64,000 bases of DNA from Saccostrea echinata. Lineage: Eukaryota. Location of the stretch: assembly GCF_033153115.1 (NCBI RefSeq), contig NW_026889779.1, forward strand, positions 9,052,001 to 9,116,000. The letters run 5' to 3'. Below are positions 38,955-51,947 of the stretch, piece by piece; positions within the stretch are counted from its first letter, which is position 1; each line of letters begins with the position of its first letter. Both the position numbers and the translations under genes were made by a program. Below the pieces are notes generated by a model that had not been told where the DNA came from, did not search any database, and saw only the letters and a program-made list of their open reading frames with translations.

Positions 38955-41900
38955 TCACTTTCGTCCAATAACCGCTGAAAAGAAAAGAAAATGAGAATTA
39001 ATTCATTATTCATTTGAAAGACAAACTAATAAGAATAGTTTTTTTCTACCCAAAACAAATGAATAAATTGGTAAAGAGAAGCAAATGCGACTCACTCAAG
39101 GGCTCTCCACTGCAGTCCTCGTCTATCCTTCCATCTGCATCATCGTCTGAAACAAAATTAAAATATACTGTTTTAGTGTCCTGTGCTTTTTGCATTGAGG
39201 AAATCTACCCTGTTACTTAATAATGGTACATAATTGATTTTAACGAACCTTTTCCATTGCAGTCCTCCTCATCTACCTCACCGTCACAATCGTTATCGAC
39301 TTCATCACCCGGAGACATCGCCTTCGCATGACAACCCTAGAATAACAAAATATATACTACTTCCAAATAAACAATGACGTACATAATAGTACTTCATTAA
39401 TTCTTATTGCCATATCTAAAAAAAAATCCTCTTACAATGTTCCTATGTGTTTAATAAACTTGAATGACAATTGATCAAGGTTAATTTATTTTTCTTTGAT
39501 TGTATATAGTATATGATTAAATGATTATTCCATAATTCACTCACAGAATTAACAGGTTTTGTTAGCAGACCAATAGGGAATCCATAAGACTCGAGGTTAG
39601 CTTTACCGAACACGATACCGCCAATTACTGTGTTCGGATTGCTGTGCGTGACGGTATGGGTACCAACTGATATGTTGACGTATCCCGCTGCTAGATTGGT
39701 GCCTGGGATGTGGACATACGTTTGATTTTGTGGCAGTGGTTTTCCGTCTAGAATCAGACCAGCGGTTTGACTGGAATCAACCACAAACATAAAAAAGTTT
39801 TGATACTCGCCTTTGGAGTATTGGGGTGTCGCAAAAGTGTAATCTGCAGCATACTGTTCAATGGGAGGAATTGTAATTAGGCACGGATCTGCTGCATCTG
39901 AAGGCAGATTGGAATGTTTTGCCTGTGTTGCCGAGAGCTGATACACAGCAATTGGATGATTAGATGTCACATGAGCGTACAACTTAGAGCTGTAATTCCT
40001 TTGCACATGTTGTCCAGCATGACTGAGAAAAAAATGGTCCGTAAAATTTTTACCATCAATGACTCCAGTTACTTTAACACTGGTGTGTCCTTGGCTGGCA
40101 ACGAATCTGAAAATGTCACCTACATCTCTTTCAGGAATTGGCACTGTAGCAAAGTTTTTACCCCAGGCCTGGACAGGTAGTAACATTTCTGTCAGATGGT
40201 CACGTGAATTACCAGTGCTGCCAGCAATAGCCACAACAGCCTTCTTGTTACCACTTATGACACCCACAGCTTTGTTTGATATGATGTGAGTTCCTGTGAG
40301 GTCCCCAACGGAAGAGATTTCAAGGGTGCTGAAGCGGTTAAGGGTAACGTTTATCCACTGGTTTCTGTGGTAGACATGACCGTGGAAATTCACGCTAATG
40401 TTTGGATGATTAGCTAGCTTGATATGAACACGAGTGTGGTCATGGACACCGATCACTGCAAACACACAATAATAATAGGACGGGGAGTAGGAAATGGTGT
40501 AGTATTCTTTCCCCAGGACATCTGTAGGCAGTGCCAAGTAGGCATCGTCCGAGTAGACCTCTCTATTTACTCCATATACTACGATTTCTTCATCAGCCGA
40601 GATCAAAATTCCTTTGGTGCTTAGCTCGGTGTGATTCAATCGGAAGTCCTGATCGACGGCAACTCGGTGCACAACTCCGCGAGTTACAACAAACTGTTGA
40701 TTTATATGTGGATTGCGAGATCGTGGTGACGTCACATTGACGTGTACAGGTTTATTGCTGGAAGTGGTAATGAAGATCTCGGGATTGATGTCTGTGTGCT
40801 GTAGAATCTTGTTATCCATAAACGTTATAATAAACTGTTTCCCTTTACTGTCCAGTGCTCCTAAAATGAGAAATCATACATGATTGTATACTTTAACAGT
40901 TATTTTCAAAATTGAGTAGGTATCAATTATGATTCTTGCAGTTGAAGAGCCCAGTTACATCCCATGACAAACATTCTGAACACTTTGCAAAGGCGACGAC
41001 ACATAATGGGAATTCTTATTCAGAAATATGAAGTCAGTATTTTTGATTCCTTTAAAATATTTTCAATGTTTTAGTAAATGCATCTTTAACGTTTGTTTTG
41101 GAATATAATACGAGAGAGAGATTGACTATGTGTGTGTTTCTTCTCAATCTGTCATTTGCTAGCATAACAATACCGCTTATGGTATGTTTTAGAAAGGATA
41201 CAATGTAAATACAAACATTTTATATTATTAAAATCATTTTAGAGTGCTACAACTCACACGATGTGTGCAATAAAAATCGTATGGTGTTGTAATCACTTGC
41301 TATTTCAAGTACCTTCTTATACACACCTAACTTTCACTAGTCATGCAACCCTTAATTTAAAAAAAAACTACAATTAAGATTCCTATAATTAACTATAATC
41401 TATTACAGGAAAGAAATGTAAAAGTAATCAAATGTTAAACAAAGAAGTTGATGTTAATGAAACAAGGCTCGAAATGCATTTAACAGTAATTAACTGAACA
41501 AATCACCTAAGTCAAAAAAGTACGTGAACTGTCTTTAACAAGATTTGATTTGTTTTTTTTTTGTTTTGTTTTTTTTTTTTTTCAATTTTCTAAATCTTGT
41601 AAATGAATTATTTTTAAATCTTTGGATTAAAATAGATTTTTTCCCTTCAAAAAGAAGAAGGACAAAGTTAATGGAATTTTGTTGAAGCTTCCATTTCTTT
41701 AGATTCATCACTCATACAAATAAACGATATAGCAGGGTAAAAACACTACGAATTATCGGAATGGTTGAAAGCATGATTTGTATGGCAGGATTTTTTTTGA
41801 AGCGTTTGAGGATACCTAGACTAGAACTTTTTGGTAGTTCATTTTCTCTTAGAATGGACTTTGTCTGGCAGGGGTTTTGTGAAGCACCGCCAAATCCTAT

Positions 41901-42004
41901 ATTTATTGATTCTTTTGATAATTGATGAACGTTGTACAGTTTTAGCATCGAATATAACACTGTTTTGTTTTGTTTGTTTCTTTGTTTTGTTTAACGTCCA
42001 TCTG

Positions 42005-42036
<32 letters not shown>

Positions 42037-42886
42037 CTTGCCGGGGGAGAGCAGCAAATTTTGACTCGGCACTGAGGGCAATTGAGCAGTGAAGGATCTT
42101 TTTCGTGCCAGCACCTACTGCGACACGGGACTTCGATTTATACGGTCTCATCCGAAGGACCGCATATAACACTGTGAAGAAATATCTTATTTGGTTTAAA
42201 TTTATTTGTTCAATGCTTATTTCATATCATTTCTGTTATAAGGATTATTAACTTGCATGAACAAATATAACCTTACATCAGATTCACTATTTAATAAGCA
42301 TTCTGAGAGTATTGCATAAGCAATACTAGTCCCTTACCGGCAAGTGTAATCTGGCTCCCGTTAAAAATTGAAAATGCCATAATCTCGTCATAAATCAATG
42401 AAGCGGAACGAAATGCAAACTTGATCTGTAACTCATCAAGGTAAAGTAACACGCCAAAAATCAGCTCAATATCTGCAAGCGTTTAGAGAAAAATGCGGAA
42501 AACCAAGAGGGACAGACTGACAGAGGGACAGACAGACACACAGACGGACAGACTCAGAGGAAACTTATTGCCCCTCCGGTTTCACCGGTTGGTGACTAAT
42601 AAAGCATCATTGTCGGATACCCACTGGTGATCTCGTCTTTTACTCATCACCCGTGGACAAACTGGCCGAAATATCGTCGTAAAATACGCTAATTATACGC
42701 TAATTTGTTGATTATAGTGGATATCTATATGATAAAACATTTGAAACACAATTTTGTACTTCGCTGTAAATGAGTGGTTAATTAATTGAATTTTCTCCTT
42801 CAGCTTTTGGCAAAACATATTTGATAGAGCTCACCTTTAACGAAGGGAAGCACCATCAGGGCAAAAATCCACAACTTGTTCGCCAT
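38955..42886 (-). CDS. Secreted IgGFc-binding (FCGBP N-terminal) domain protein with acidic DxDxDG tail, copy A (~508 aa, 5 exons)
   Basis: Exons: 42886-42835 (signal MANKLWIFALMVLPFVKG), 40860-39545 (ALDSKGKQF...SDDAYLALPTDVLGKEY...DHLTEML...ESYGFPIG), 39336-39249 (GCHAKAMSPGDEVDNDCDGEVDEEDCNGK), 39146-39096 (DDDADGRIDEDCSGEPL), 38974-38955 (TVIGRK*). All introns GT-AG with consistent phases 1,0,1,1. AATAAA lies ~15 nt after the stop. Confidence 0.9.
41960..42165 (-). mobile_element. 5'-truncated SINE in intron 1 of copy A
   Basis: gagaatttttcactcatatggagacgtcacc...ggtctcatccgaaggaccg core shared with the other SINEs, with a (CAAA)n-like tail. Confidence 0.75.
42295..42602 (+). mobile_element. 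Short non-autonomous Helentron-type element
   Basis: aagcattctgagagtattgc...aatactagtccc, a (GACA)n tract and a terminal ccggtttcaccgg hairpin. Same family as 46385-46710 and 59925-60385. Confidence 0.75.
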
Positions 42887-44374
42887 AATTGTAGAGGTAG
42901 CAGTACAGATAAAGGTTGTCCATGTAAATCAAAATAGGCTATCTCGAAGATAAGGATCGTTAGTATGCAGATGACAAGTTTACTTTTAATGCAAATCGTT
43001 TATTTATTCATTTATTTACTTTTGGTTGCTCTTTTGGTGATCGAAACGATAAACAATGCAACAACTACATGTACAAGAAACTCTTTTAAAACAATTTATT
43101 TTTTATTAATTTTGAAAATTTCTACTGGGCAACTAATTTCATTATTGTTTTTTTTTACGTCATAAATGTAATACTGATTTGGTAAGTCAGATGCTTTGTG
43201 CAGCAAATGAGGGGTGAGGCAAGAAGAAGCATCTGAAAGATCCACCAGAATTGCAGCGATCAAAGCCTTTTTTCAATCTTCAGTCACTGTTACTAGAATT
43301 GATTTATAACTAACCTTAGTTTAATGAGCCGCCACAAATGGATTAAAATTATATTTTTCAATATAGATAACTACATTTTATTCTAATTACCTAAACATTT
43401 TGAAATGATAGGGAGGACACTTAAAGACCTGGAAATGCCCTTCACAGAATTACTGGTTAATTTTCTTGTAGATTTGTGTAACTTAAGCTTACTTGAGCTT
43501 ATCAGGGAAGACGAGAGACAACTTTGTAATATTTTTGATGGTTTAACTATAACCAGTAAAATAAAAAAGAAATCAAAATTAAATCAATAAATAGTCAATT
43601 TAGCGCGGTGTTAGTTTCAGATAGAAATCAGCCACAATTAATTCATTCTTTCGGTGTTTTTAGCTCACTTGCTCTGAAAGCTCGTGAGCTTTTCTGATGA
43701 CCTGGTGTCCGGCGACCGTCTGTCTGTCTGTCCGTCTGTCAGCTTTTAACATTTTCGACGTCTTTTCAAGAAGCGCTGGGCCAATCTTAGCCAAAATCTG
43801 CACAAAGCATCCTTGATGAAGGGGATTCTTAATTATTCAAAATAAAAGACCAAGTCCTATTCCAAGGGGAGTTAATCAAGAAAAGTCAAAGTCAAGTCTT
43901 CTAAAAAATGCTGGACTAGAAGAAATGAAACTTATTCGGAAGCCTTATGAGGTACTTTAGATTCTAAATTGTTCAAATCATGACCCCTGGGGGTAAGGTG
44001 GAGCCCCAATAGGGGATCAAAGTTTAAATATTTACATTGAAATACCTAGGAGAAAAATCTTTCAAAATTTTCTTATCAAGAACCATTGCAGAAGAAAAAT
44101 GAATCTGGTGTGGAAAGTTTTCTGAGGTTATGAAGATTCTGAATTTTTCAGATCATAATCCCCTGGGGTATAGAGGGACCAAAATAGGGGATCCTAGTTT
44201 TACATTGAAAGACATGGGAAAAATTCTTTAAAAATCTTCTTCCCGAGAGCCACTTGGCCAGAAGAGATGAAACTTATGTAAAAGCTTCCCCAGGTAGTGT
44301 AGATTCTAAATTGTTCAAATCATGGCCCCCAGGGGAAGGATGGGGCCACAATAGGAATTCAGTTTTACATTGAT

Positions 44375-44719
44375 TGATTGATTGTATATTGTTTTACGTC
44401 CCATTCGAGAATTTTTCACTCATATAGAGACGTCACCATATACCGGTGAAGGGCTTCAAATTTTGACCTTTACTCGGCACTCAGGGCCATTGAGCAGTGA
44501 GGGATCTTTATCGTGCCAACGCCTGCCGTGACACGGGGCCTCGGTTTTTAAGGTCTCATCCGAAGGACCCGCAACTTTCACTTCTGAGTGCCGAGCGCAT
44601 GGCGAAGGAACAGTTGCTACCTATTTTTTATCGACTTAGGTCTGTCGCGGCCGAGATTCGAACTCACGACCTCCCGATCACGGAGCGAGCGCTCTACCGA
44701 CTGAGCTACCGTGAACGGT
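44375..44719 (-). mobile_element. Full-length tRNA-derived SINE
   Basis: Head accgttcacggTAGCTCAGTCGGtagagcg...gaGTTCGAATC (A and B boxes), (AATC)n tail, and perfect 14-bp TSD agttttacattgat at 44361 and 44720. Confidence 0.92.
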
Positions 44720-45087
44720 AGTTTTACATTGATGTACATATTAAAAAAATCTTTAAAAATCTTCTTCTCAAGAACCACTGGGCCAGAAGAAATGAAACTT
44801 AGGAGAAAGCTTCCTGAGGTTGTGTAGATTCTAAATTGTTGAAATCATGGCCGCCAGGGGTAGGGTGGGGCCACAATAGGGAATCAAAGTTTTACATTGA
44901 AATACCTAGAAAAATTCTTTAAAAATCTTCTTTAGAACCACTGGGCCAGAAAAGATGAAAATTATGTGGTAGCTTCCTGGGGAATTGTGGAATTTTAATA
45001 GTACAATTCATAACCCCCGTAGTAGGTTTGGGCCACATTAGGGGGATCAAAGATTTACAATAAAATATATAGGAACAATACTTTTAA

Positions 45088-45461
45088 GGACCCTCTATAC
45101 ACCGATGAAAAATGTTTTTTGGACTTTAAAAAAATTATATAACGTAAAGAAGGATATTTTGAAATTAACTAATTCATTTTTAATATAGGGAGCCTGCCTT
45201 TTTTAATCCGGGAAAAATCTTCAAAGACAATGAAGTAGTGATTAAGAAAAATCGCTTTTCCTTAATCAGATGGAGAAAATACATGCAAATAATGTCTTCA
45301 ACTAATCTATCTTGGTCTAATATAATGTTTAGAACACTTGAATTTATTTTAAATTATGTCATACAGTGCAGATTACAACTTATTCTATTTTATGTCAAGT
45401 GGCGGGTCAGTCTAACTACACAAAAGTACCCTCAAATTAGGGTGCAGTGTAGAGAGGGTCC
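45088..45461. mobile_element. TTAA-flanked MITE (Kolobok-like)
   Basis: TTAA|GGACCCTCTATACAC ... GTGTAGAGAGGGTCC|TTAA. Confidence 0.7.
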
Positions 45462-45961
45462 TTAAAGTATTGAAGTTTTACATGGGACTTAATTAATAGG
45501 AAATAAATTTTGAAAATCTTCGCAAGAACCACAATCATGCCACACATATACAAAGATTCCTAAACTGTGTGGATTAATTTTTTTTTAATTATGCCCCCAT
45601 GGGTTAAAGTTTACTAAAATGGGGATCACATTTTACAAAATGCATTTTAAAAAAATAATCTTAAAAACTGCAAGGCCAAGTTAATCATAATGATATTGAA
45701 GCATCCCAATGTTTTTTCACGCAGATTTTGTCATGGGAATCTTAAAGAACTTTTTAGATGATAGATATATAAACGAAATGCATAAGATGACTTTTTTCCA
45801 AATTATATCATATAAAAAGAAGTTTTCTTTGAAAAGTTATTTCTGTTAAAAATATTCCTAAATTCTGAATGTTTCACGTTGCTGGCCATAGAGTAGTTTG
45901 ATCTACACATTTATTTTTACGGAAACTTTGTTTTGTGTATAGTAATTTAGCTTAGATGAAA

Positions 45962-46215
45962 TTTTGTTTGCTTGCATGTTGTATAACGTCCCTCTTGAGA
46001 ATTTTTCAATCATTTGGAGACGCCACCACTTGCCGGTGGAGAGCTGCAAATTTTGAACTATACCCGGCTCTTAGGGCGATTGAGCAGTGGGGGATCTTTT
46101 TCGATCCAGCACCTACTGCGACACGGGACCTCGGTTTATACGGTCTCATCCGAAGGACCGGTCTCGACGTCCCTCAGTGGGATTCGAACCCGCGACGTAA
46201 GGATCAACTCCTTAC
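45962..46215 (-). mobile_element. SINE, related subfamily
   Basis: Shared core (gagaattttt...ggagacgccacc...ggtctcatccgaaggaccg) with B box GGTTCGAATCC on the minus strand. Confidence 0.75.
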
Positions 46216-46384
46216 TCTGCGACTCTAGAGCAAACGCTCTAAAATAAGTTTTAATGAAAGTAGATCTGTGGTTTATTATTATTTGTTAATTATCACTGGT
46301 AAATAACCTTGTTGTCCATGAGACCTTAAAAATCGATGTCTCGCGTCATGGCGTTGGCACGATAATGAACTATAGCTCTTTAAA

Positions 46385-46710
46385 CAAGCATTCTGAGAGT
46401 ATTGCATTAGCAATACTAGTCCCCTACCGGAAAGTGTAATCTGGTTCGCGTTAAAAATTGAAAATGCCATAATTCCGTCAAAAATCAATGAAGCAAAACG
46501 AAATGCAAACTTGATCTATAACTCATCAAGGTATAGTCACATACCAAAAATCAGCTCAATATCTACAAGCGTTTAGAAAAAAAAAGTGCGGAAAACCAAG
46601 TGGGACAGACTGACAGAGGGACAGACAGACGGACAGCTAGACAGACAGACGGACGGACAGACTCAAAGGAAACCTATAGTCCCCTCTGGTTTCACCGGTA
46701 GGGGACTAAC
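46385..46710 (+). mobile_element. Short non-autonomous Helentron-type element inserted into a plus-strand SINE remnant
   Basis: Same family as 42295-42602, with hairpin agtcccctctggtttcaccggtaggggact. SINE halves flank it (46318-46383 and 46711-46815). Confidence 0.75.
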
Positions 46711-47125
46711 AATGGCCTGAGTGCCAGTAAAGGTCCTAATCTGAAATCCTCAACCGGTATATGGTGACGTCTCGTATGACTGAAAAAAATCCTGCAAGGT
46801 ACGCTACAATCATTCAAACTGTATGAGACGTAACAGTTCGCAGAATATTCTATTTAAAGTAACCATGGTATTACCTTTGTTGAGTATAAAAAAAAAAATC
46901 ACGTATACTGTATGTCTATATACTGTATGTAATTGACTTCATAATCAGATTTAAAATCACACTTAAACTGAATGTAGAGTAGCATTTTAAAAGTTAACAG
47001 AAATTTCAATTTTTACTTACCATGACTACCCCTTGTGTCGAAATAAAAAAAAAATGGATGAATATCACGACTAGGAAAAGAAACACTCAGAAAAGCTTAA
47101 ATTTTGATTTATTGACATAAAAGTT

Positions 47126-50100
47126 TCACTTCCTTCCGATAACCGCTGTAAAGAAAACAAAGAAATATTTCACTCTTCATTATGAAGATAGGTTGTAAGA
47201 AGCAATAGATTTTTCTTTCAGAACATATTAATAAATGATGAAGGGAAGTGAATAAGACTCACTCAAGGGCGTCCCACTACAGTCCTCGTCTATCCTTCCA
47301 TCTGCATCATCGTCTGGAACAAAATAAAATGCTCTAAAATATTCTACTGAAGCATCTTTTGCTTTTATATTGAGGAAATCTTTGTTACATGTATTTATTA
47401 AAAGGGCACATAATTGATTTTAACGAACCTTTTCCATCGCAGTCCTCCTCATCTACCTCTCCGTCACAATCGTTATCTACTTCATCACCCGGAGACATCG
47501 CCTTCGCATGACAACCCTATAACAAAAGATGTACTATTTCAAATATATAATGAGACAAATAACTTAATTCTCAGAATCGTTTCCATCATTGCCTAAAAAT
47601 AGCTCTTGCAATGCATGAAACTAATCGCGAAGCAATTTTAAAAATCTGTCATTGAGTCATTTTATGGCATTATTTAAAGCATCTTTTTTTCATTTAGAAA
47701 TAGAAGGAATAGCAAACTTAAACATTTGTTTGCACAGGTACCTAATGAACTACTGCTAGACAGTGCTAGTGCTTATTAAGTAAAGATGAATTACAAATAT
47801 ACATTGTATTTGGGTTTCAGTCTTAAGGTTAAATACAGTGTAAGAAATTTTAAATTTTCAAATGTTTGTCTCTGTATATTTGAGCAACTTGAATAAACAA
47901 TTGCTGATGATCATAAGATATATACGTCGTCGTTTAATTTTTCAAATTTTATAATGCTTTATGTTTTGATCATTTTTTATATCGATTAATACTGGATAGC
48001 CGGAATACACTCACAGAATTAACAGGTTGTGTAAGCAGACCGATTGGAAATCCATACGACTCGAGTTTGGCTTTTCCGAACACTATACCACCAATAACCG
48101 TGTTCGGGTTGTTATGCGTGACGGTATGGGTACCCACAGATATATTCACAAATCCCGCCGCTAGATTGGTGCCGGGTATGTGGACATACGTTTGATTTTG
48201 TGGCAGCGGTTTTCCATCTAGAATCAGACCTGCAGTCTGACTGGAGTCAATTACAAACATGAAATAGTTCTGATACTCGCCTTTGGAGTATTGGGGTGTT
48301 GCAAAAGTGTAATCTGCTGCATATTGTTCAATGGGAGGAATTGTAATCAGGCACGGATCTGCTGCGTCCACGTGATTGTGACCCCTATCCTGTGTTGCCG
48401 AAATCTGATACAAAGCAATTGGGTTATTAGACACTACGTGGGCGTAAAGTGCTGAGCTATAATTCCTCTGTCTATATCCCCCAGCATGAGCTATGTTAAA
48501 ATGGTCTGTAAAATTTTTACCATTTATGACTCCTGTCACCGTTATATGCGTGTGGTCTTGGCTGGCGACAAATCTGAAAATATCACCCACTGCTCTCTCC
48601 GGGATTGGCACTGTGGCAAAGTTCTTACCCCAAGCTTGTACTGGAAGCAACATTTCTGTCAAATGGTCACGTGAAGGACCAGCAGTACCCACAACAGCTT
48701 TCTTGTTTCCGCTAATAACACCTATTGCTTTGTTCGATATGATGTGCGTTCCTGTAAGGTCTCCAACAGATGTGATTTGAAGGGTGCTATAGCGATTTAG
48801 TGTTACGTTAATCCAGTCATTGCCTTGATAGGTATGGTTACGGAAAATAACACTGACATTTGGATGGTTAGCCAGTTTGATATGAACTTTAGTGTGGTCA
48901 TGAACACCAATCACAGCAAACTCACAATAATAATAGGATGGGGAGTAGGAAATGGTATAGTACTCTTTCCCCAGAACATCTGTAGGCAGTGCTAAGTAGG
49001 CATCGTCCGACCAGACCTCTCGGTTTACCCCGTATGCCACAACTTCTTCATCTGCCGAAATCAAAATCCCTTTAGTGCTAAGTTCGGTGTGGTTCAGTCG
49101 GAAATCTTGATCTACGACAACCCGGTGCACAATTCCACGGGAGACGACAAAATGTTCGTTTATTCGTGGATTGCTTGATCCCGGTGACGTCACGTTGACG
49201 TGTACTGGTTTGGTGCTTGAGGTGGTTATGAAGATTTCTGGATTGATGTCGGTGTTCTGCAGAATCTTGTTGTCCATGAAAGTAACAATGAATTGCTTAC
49301 CCTTACTATCCAATGCTCCTGAAAACAATATTCTGTAAATGGTTACATATATATTTTATGATACACGAATACACGAGTGACACATTTTGAAATAGAATTT
49401 TATAATTTTTCTTTTCAATTTTTTTATTTCTGTCATTTTTATCATAAGAATCATTTGTGTCATTAGTTATAATAAAACGATAAAATATTGAAAATTGTAA
49501 CAATTCGTCTTTTGGTAAATGCAACCATTTTCTTTGTTTTGTGGCAATTTTAAGTAAGAATACGAGGGCTGTTCGGAAATTATTGAGACTTTAACTCCAG
49601 AGAAGAGAGATCAAGTCATGAAACTTCACCTGAATTTTATCAAGAACTTTTAATGCAAATATGCAAAATCTCTTGTTGATAACATCATAAGATAAGTCAC
49701 GGTGAAATTCTAAACTTTCATATGTCCATTGAATCGGAGCACTTTGCAGAATCGCAAAGTCATTTTAACGTTACTTCAGTGTTTGGTTCTTTTTTCTCAC
49801 ATTGAAATGATCAGGAAGCTCAATTGTTCTTTAAATTCTGTCATCACTTGATAACATTCTAGGAACCAAAATGGCGCAAATTTTCTCCTTTCTTTAACCT
49901 TAATTTTTTTTTTTTTTTTTTTTACAAACTTTTGTGTTGTTTCTACCCAAATGTCAAATAACTCTTACAGTCGGACGTGCCTTATTCGGTACCAAGACTG
50001 GTAAATTAATTTGTCCGCAATGACTGATGGTCGTCCAGCTCTTTTGCTTTCACTGTGGTTGAATGTTTTGTCAGAAACATGTTTAAATCAACGATAAACT

Positions 50101-51669
50101 AAAGCCGTAGCAGTTTCCTCTGTTTGTTTAAGGTCTTTTGTCTGAACAGTTCTACCTACTTAGGTCTGCACAAAAATTTATGTATGTCTACTGCTCCGCC
50201 TTGACGTTCAAATTCATTTTGCCACCATAATAAGATTTCTATACCTTCATGAAAAAACTTGAAGATATTTGTACTTCTAATTAAAATAATCTATCAAACA
50301 GAACAAGGTCAAGATAAAGATCAAAATATGGTATCTTTAATTTTATAAATTTCCATACATTCTCTAGGTCAACCAGAACTTAGTATACGAAGAGGCTACA
50401 GAATTCTAACATCTAATTTCGAGATTGCGCATGTAACCCTACCACCGACACGTCATTTAAAAGAAAAATTATAATATTTCTGAAATGTTCCTAGCTTTTA
50501 TATATTTTTTGGTGTTTGTTACATGTATAAACCAATTTTCACCCAAAAAATCGTTGATCAGATAGGAAAATATTTAGAATGTCTCAATAATTTACGAACA
50601 GCCCTCGTATATTAAAATATTAATACTATCGTAAATTAACATAAATTACAATAAAAATATGATAATTATTTGATGGATGTGCACGTGCAAAAAGAGGTAA
50701 AAATAAGGAAAGTATAAATATAAGTGGAGTGGTAGATTCGATTAATTAAGATCAATTAATATCAGAATTCAGTACTCAAATATATATATTTTGGTACTGA
50801 GATTTATATACAATGTAATTAGGGAAGGAAGGGAAACATGCGTAACGTTACTTTTATGACGAATTAGATTTGGTGGTTATCAATGAGATTCAGGACTGAG
50901 TATACAAGTTATTTCTTTATACAAAATGGATGAATAATCAAATTAAAAGGAAATACATATAAAAGACTGGCTTGTTTTAGGTCAGCAATGAGTAGATGTT
51001 TGTCTCGTGGTTATTGTTTCAAATATGCTTCATCATTTTAAATCTTTGCATATTTTCATTTGTCTATGCTGTTGGCACTTCAAAAAAATAGAAATACATG
51101 TATAAATATTGCTAATCAATGATTGAGATTGAGAATTTCGCTTGATGTTGATTATTCAATATAAAAAAAAAATCTGAAAGTTTCAATGTGTTTAATTTAA
51201 ACATGCTTTTAATCAAAGTTGCCAAACACCGTATGCGTTCCATAAAAGGCATACCATCTATGATCGTTGTTCTGAAGACTGGAATATCAACTTAACACTC
51301 ATAACATGTATTTTATACAAAATGATTCAATGACTCCAATATCAATACTTGCGCCAGATTTGTGATATAAACATATTAAAATATTTATTTATGAATGAGA
51401 AATTTATCGATGTTTTGCCACACAAAGATAACTGAATTTAAACACAGGAAAAAATTGTATACTCCTTTTATGCATAGTTCAAAGATAAAAGAATTTGATT
51501 TCACCTTAACAGCCTTACTTCTAGATCAGTGAGATAAAAGTCTTTAAGTAACCTATCTAGCTACTGAAGGTTTTATAGAATTAGTTACTTCCTTTTGATT
51601 TGTTTAATACAACTCACCTTTCACAAAGGGGAGAGCCAAGAGAAGAAAAACCCACATCCGGTTTGCCAT
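47126..51669 (-). CDS. Secreted IgGFc-binding domain protein with acidic DxDxDG tail, copy B (~504 aa, 5 exons)
   Basis: Exons: 51669-51618 (MANRMWVFLLLALPFVKG), 49318-48015, 47516-47429 (GCHAKAMSPGDEVDNDCDGEVDEEDCDGK), 47313-47263 (DDDADGRIDEDCSGTPL), 47145-47126 (TVIGRK*). Same phases and small-exon sizes as copy A. Confidence 0.9.
49563..50607. mobile_element. Tc1/mariner non-autonomous relic in intron 1 of copy B
   Basis: TA|CGAGGGCTGTTCGGAAATTATTGAGAC ... GTCTCAATAATTTACGAACAGCCCTCG|TA: ~27-bp TIR with one mismatch and a TA TSD. Confidence 0.88.
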
Positions 51670-51947
51670 ACTTGTAGAATGGTTTGTCCAAAATGGTTTG
51701 TCAAAATTCGCAAAAAAGAGTTATCTCTAGAAATATTGTAAGAGATAACCTCTATCTAATTTTGAAGGACATACGTTGGAACCAATAGTACATAGATGTC
51801 GAGTGTACTTTTGATTTTAGCAGAATGAGAAAGTTTATTGATAAGCTGTAGCAACACACCTAGCTACCGTACTTAGAAAGTACATGCGGCTTGGCCAAGA
51901 TCAGGTGCCCATGTTGGTTGCAGATTAACAAAAAATAGAGTTAAATG

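Larger units (their letters stand above)
43657..45700 (-). mobile_element. Helentron-type element with a Cg170-like satellite array, hosting a SINE and a MITE
   Basis: tttttagctcac hairpin end, (CTGT)n tract, and ~166-bp monomers (ttctaaattgttcaaatcatggccccc...). Right boundary approximate. Confidence 0.75.

Noticed and set aside
39443-39544. ORF-track C-termini (e.g. VSELWNNH...) and N-termini of the three large ORFs
   Set aside because: These are intron read-through past GTGAGT/GTAAGT donors. The real ends come from the small exons.
44640-44719. tRNA gene (A and B boxes on the minus strand; also at ~34700-34777 and ~52205-52280)
   Set aside because: It continues into a conserved SINE body with tail and TSD. 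It is a SINE head, not a stand-alone tRNA.
44497-44721. Recurrent small ORF family (RSHPKDPQLSL...MAKEQLLPIF) at 34607, 44497 and 52080
   Set aside because: Antisense translations of SINE copies, with non-ATG starts.
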